Source of the DNA: an uncultured Gemmatimonadales bacterium
Lineage (GTDB): Bacteria > Gemmatimonadota > Gemmatimonadetes > Gemmatimonadales > GWC2-71-9
Direction of reading: 5' to 3'
Length of the DNA stretch: 64,000 bases
Assembly (NCBI GenBank): GCA_963779755.1
Contig: CAVZZO010000003.1
Coordinates: 480,001 to 544,000, forward strand
The notes below the pieces were generated by a model. The model saw only the letters and a list, made by a program, of their open reading frames with translations, ran no database searches and was not told the origin of the DNA. Position numbers and translations under genes: made by a program. Positions 60,967 to 64,000 of this stretch are shown piece by piece; the stretch's first letter is position 1; each line of letters begins with the position of its first letter.

Positions 60967-61887
60967 ATGAAGCCGCTGGACTGCTATCCCACACCGCTCG
61001 ACCGGGTCCTCCTGGCCACGGACCTGGTGCGTATCGGCGCGTTCCGCGCGCCGGTGGACCACCCGCTGTTCCCCGACTCCGGCCCGATCTCCGATCCCGT
61101 CTTCGTGTTTCCCCGCACCAGTGTGGAGATCCGGCATGAAGGGGAGCGCTGGTTCACGGCCGACCCCTGCACCGTCACCTACTACAATCCGGGCCAGCGG
61201 TATACCAGGCGGGCCCTGGATCCCAGGGGCGATGCCTGTGACTGGTTCGGTCTCCGGCCGGATGCACTCATGGAGGCGCTGGCCTGCGCCGATCCCGCGG
61301 TGGCAGAGCGGCCCGACCGGCCGTTCACCTTCAGCCACAGCCCCTCCGATTCTCAGACGTATGCCCTGCAGCGGCTCATCGTACGGCACCTGCGTGAGGC
61401 GCCGGTTCCCGACCCTCTGGTAGTGGAGGAAGCGACCTTGCACGTGCTCGCCAGGCTGCTGGAATTGTTACCGCTGGTCTGGCGGGTCAGCGGCCAGGCG
61501 CCAGCGAGGCGAGGGGAAGGTTCTCTGGCGCGCGGCGTCCGGACGCATCTGTTGCGGCACCTGGGGGAGACCATGTCGCTGGAGGAGATTGCGGGGGCGG
61601 TGGGATGTTCGGTGTTTCACCTCTGCCGCGTCTTCCGCCGGGAGACGGGAACCACCGTCCACCGGTATCGCCAGCAGCTGCGGCTGCGCCGCTCGCTCGA
61701 GCTGGTAGCGCAGGGGCGGGCGGACCTGAGCCGGGTGGCATTCGAGCTGGGGTTCTCCAGCCATAGCCACTTCTCTTCGGCCTTCGCCGGGACCTTCTCC
61801 ATGACGCCGTCGGAGTTCAGGCGGCAGGCCAGCTCCCGCCGTATTCGGGAGCTGGCTTCGCAACTGGAATTGCCGGTGGCGGGCTAG
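60967..61887 (+). CDS. AraC family transcriptional regulator
   Basis: SVFHLCRVFRRETG, ELGFSSHSHFSSAF..F.MTPSEFR. Confidence 0.92.
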   Translation: MKPLDCYPTPLDRVLLATDLVRIGAFRAPVDHPLFPDSGPISDPVFVFPRTSVEIRHEGERWFTADPCTVTYYNPGQRYTRRALDPRGDACDWFGLRPDALMEALACADPAVAERPDRPFTFSHSPSDSQTYALQRLIVRHLREAPVPDPLVVEEATLHVLARLLELLPLVWRVSGQAPARRGEGSLARGVRTHLLRHLGETMSLEEIAGAVGCSVFHLCRVFRRETGTTVHRYRQQLRLRRSLELVAQGRADLSRVAFELGFSSHSHFSSAFAGTFSMTPSEFRRQASSRRIRELASQLELPVAG

Positions 61888-61930
61888 AGCCGGAGGCGCA
61901 GAATGGAAGAGCCGGTCTGACAGACCGGAC

Positions 61931-62161
61931 TCAGGCGCGGGAGGATCCCCAGCCGGGTTCCTGCTGGGGCAGCAAGCGCCAGATGAAGCGTTCGCGGAGA
62001 TCTTCCGGGGTATCCGTAGGCTTGCCCAGCCCGGGGAGCACCCACTGCCGCCCCTCGCCCGTCACCACCCATTGCAGCTCAAATCGAGTGGCCAGCCCGC
62101 GCCAGGACCCGGCCCGCCACAATTCGGCGCGATAGGAACGTCCCGCGAGCTGGAAGGTCAT
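61931..62161 (-). CDS. Small hypothetical protein (76 aa)
   Basis: MTFQLAGRSYRAELW...; globular-looking, fills the gap behind comM. Confidence 0.35.
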   Translation of the reverse strand: MTFQLAGRSYRAELWRAGSWRGLATRFELQWVVTGEGRQWVLPGLGKPTDTPEDLRERFIWRLLPQQEPGWGSSRA

Positions 62162-62253
62162 GGCTGCGAGAACGGCGTCGTGCACCTTCGTAACCTCTAT
62201 GAAAAACGATTGCGGAATTTGCGGCCCCCGCCGGCCCGGGGAGGTGATCCAGA

Positions 62254-63798
62254 TCACAAAGCCGCCCCCGCCATTCGCCGGTCCAGGCTGCGGTACTGGA
62301 TGGCCTCGCTCACATGCGCGGGCGTCAGGGCCTCCTCCCCGGCCAGGTCCGCGATGGTCCGGCCGATCTTGAGCACCCGGTGGTAGGCCCGGGCCGAAAG
62401 CCCGAGCCGGGTGATGGCCGACCGGAGCAGGGCCTCGACCGCATCCGAAATGCGGCAGTACTGCCGGACATCGCGCGCCGCCATATGGGCGTTGGCATAG
62501 ACCCCAGGCTGGCCCCGGAAGCGCTCCCGCTGCAGCTGCCGGGCCGCCTCCACCCGGCTCCGGATGGCGGCGCTGGGCTCCTCGGCGCTGGTGGCGGCCA
62601 GGTCGCGGTAGGCCACGGCCGGCACGGAGAGGTGAATGTCGATCCGGTCCAGCAGCGGGCCGGACACCCGGGCGCGATACCGCTCCACCATCTGCGGGCC
62701 GCACCGGCAGCCATGGACGCCGTCGCCGAAGTAGCCGCAGGGACAGGGATTCATGGCGGCCGCCAGCATGAACCGGGCGGGGTAGGTCAGGCTCACCGCC
62801 GCCCGGCTCAGGGTCACCAGGCCGTCTTCCATGGGCTGGCGCATGACCTCCAGGACGTTCTTCCGGAACTCGGGCAGCTCGTCGAGAAACAGCACACCCC
62901 CATGCGCCAGGCTCACCTCGCCCGGGCGCGGGTTGGAGCCGCCCCCGATGAGACCGGCGTCGCTGATGGTATGGTGGGGCGCGCGGAAGGGACGGATGGC
63001 GCAGAGCGCCTGGCCCGGCGCCAGCAGCCCCGCCACGCTGTGGATCTTGGTGGTCTCCAGGGCCTCGTCCAGGCTCATGCCCGGCAGAATGGTCGGGAGC
63101 CGGCGGGCCAGCATGGTCTTCCCCGCTCCGGGCGGGCCGATCAGCAGGATGTTATGCGCACCGGCGGCCGCCACCTCCAGCGCCCGCTTGGCCGCGGCCT
63201 GGCTCCGAACGTCGCTGAAGTCCACCACGTCCAGCGACCGCTCGGCCATGATGGCGGAGAGATCCACCCGGACCGGCGGGAGGGGGTCCTCGCCGGTGAG
63301 GTGACGGCAGACCTCCTGGAGGGTGCGGGCGCCCCGGACCTCGATGCCGTCCACCACCGCCGCTTCGGTGACGTTGGCCTCGGGCAGCAGGATACCGGCG
63401 GCTCCGGAGTCCCGCGCCGCCAGGGTCATGGAAAGCGCCCCCCGGACCGGCCGGAGGTCGCCCTCCAGGCCGACTTCACCCAGCAGGAAATGCTGGCGCA
63501 ATGGCTCCTGGGGCAGCTGCCCGCTGGCGGCCAGCAGGCCAATGGCGATAGGCAGGTCGAAGGCGGAGCCGTCCTTGCGGACGTCGGCCGGGGCGAGGTT
63601 GACGGTGATGCGCTTGAGCGGGAACCCGAAGCCGGCGTTCTGGAGGGCGGCATTGACCCGCTCCCTTCCCTCCTTCACCGCGCCCTGGGGGAGCCCCACG
63701 GTGGAGAAAGACGGGAGGCCATTGGTGATATCCACCTCGACCTCGACGGGATAGGCGTCGATCCCCAGGACGGCAGCCGAGCGCACGCGGGCAAGCAT
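62254..63798 (-). CDS. comM: YifB/ComM Mg-chelatase-like AAA+ ATPase
   Basis: VNLAPAD, GPPGAGKT, PFRAPHHT, FLDELPEF, NPCPCG. Confidence 0.95.
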   Translation of the reverse strand: MLARVRSAAVLGIDAYPVEVEVDITNGLPSFSTVGLPQGAVKEGRERVNAALQNAGFGFPLKRITVNLAPADVRKDGSAFDLPIAIGLLAASGQLPQEPLRQHFLLGEVGLEGDLRPVRGALSMTLAARDSGAAGILLPEANVTEAAVVDGIEVRGARTLQEVCRHLTGEDPLPPVRVDLSAIMAERSLDVVDFSDVRSQAAAKRALEVAAAGAHNILLIGPPGAGKTMLARRLPTILPGMSLDEALETTKIHSVAGLLAPGQALCAIRPFRAPHHTISDAGLIGGGSNPRPGEVSLAHGGVLFLDELPEFRKNVLEVMRQPMEDGLVTLSRAAVSLTYPARFMLAAAMNPCPCGYFGDGVHGCRCGPQMVERYRARVSGPLLDRIDIHLSVPAVAYRDLAATSAEEPSAAIRSRVEAARQLQRERFRGQPGVYANAHMAARDVRQYCRISDAVEALLRSAITRLGLSARAYHRVLKIGRTIADLAGEEALTPAHVSEAIQYRSLDRRMAGAAL

Positions 63799-64000
63799 GG
63801 AGGCCAAGGTGACGCCGACCGGGCCTGCGGCGGGTACCCGGCGGATGCGCGGGGGAGCAAATATGTGCGGGCGGCAAGGCGCGGGGAGGCTGATATTCGG
63901 CGGCTGCGCAAGATGCCCGGCCGGGTGCGCAATTCTCGGGCGAATTTCTGCACTCCGACCTGTTTTCGGGCGGAAATAGCGGGCATGAAATCTGCTTCTT

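Overview
GC-rich bacterial chromosomal segment. Gene content and order suggest Gemmatimonadota (inference). Most of it is housekeeping: ispE-tRNA(Gln)-prs-rplY-pth-hppA, ychF, rpsF-rpsR-DUF2232-rplI-fakA/degV-rsfS, smc, aroF, lolA, rpmE-prfA-prmC-ylbF-tmk-ctpA, yajQ, an RpoD-family sigma, larE-thpR, arfB and comM, plus one intact IS630. Five things stand out. (1) An antisense four-helix-bundle ('23S IVS protein') gene is bracketed by mutually inverted 7-bp tandem arrays, and about a dozen similar gene-less inverted 7/8/9-mer arrays occur in the window, several anchored at stop codons. (2) A TPR protein is paired with a 47-aa lipoprotein-signal peptide nested antisense in its 3' end, a candidate Rap/Phr-like signalling pair. 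(3) In a VIT-vWA / ECF sigma / anti-sigma operon, the vWA protein and the anti-sigma share a 29-aa ungapped motif resembling a TonB-receptor plug motif. (4) A lipoprotein gene in a lower-GC islet is frameshifted at a G9 tract inside its signal peptide (candidate phase variation). (5) There are several non-canonical starts and leaderless promoters. All calls are by eye from motifs; no database searches were run.
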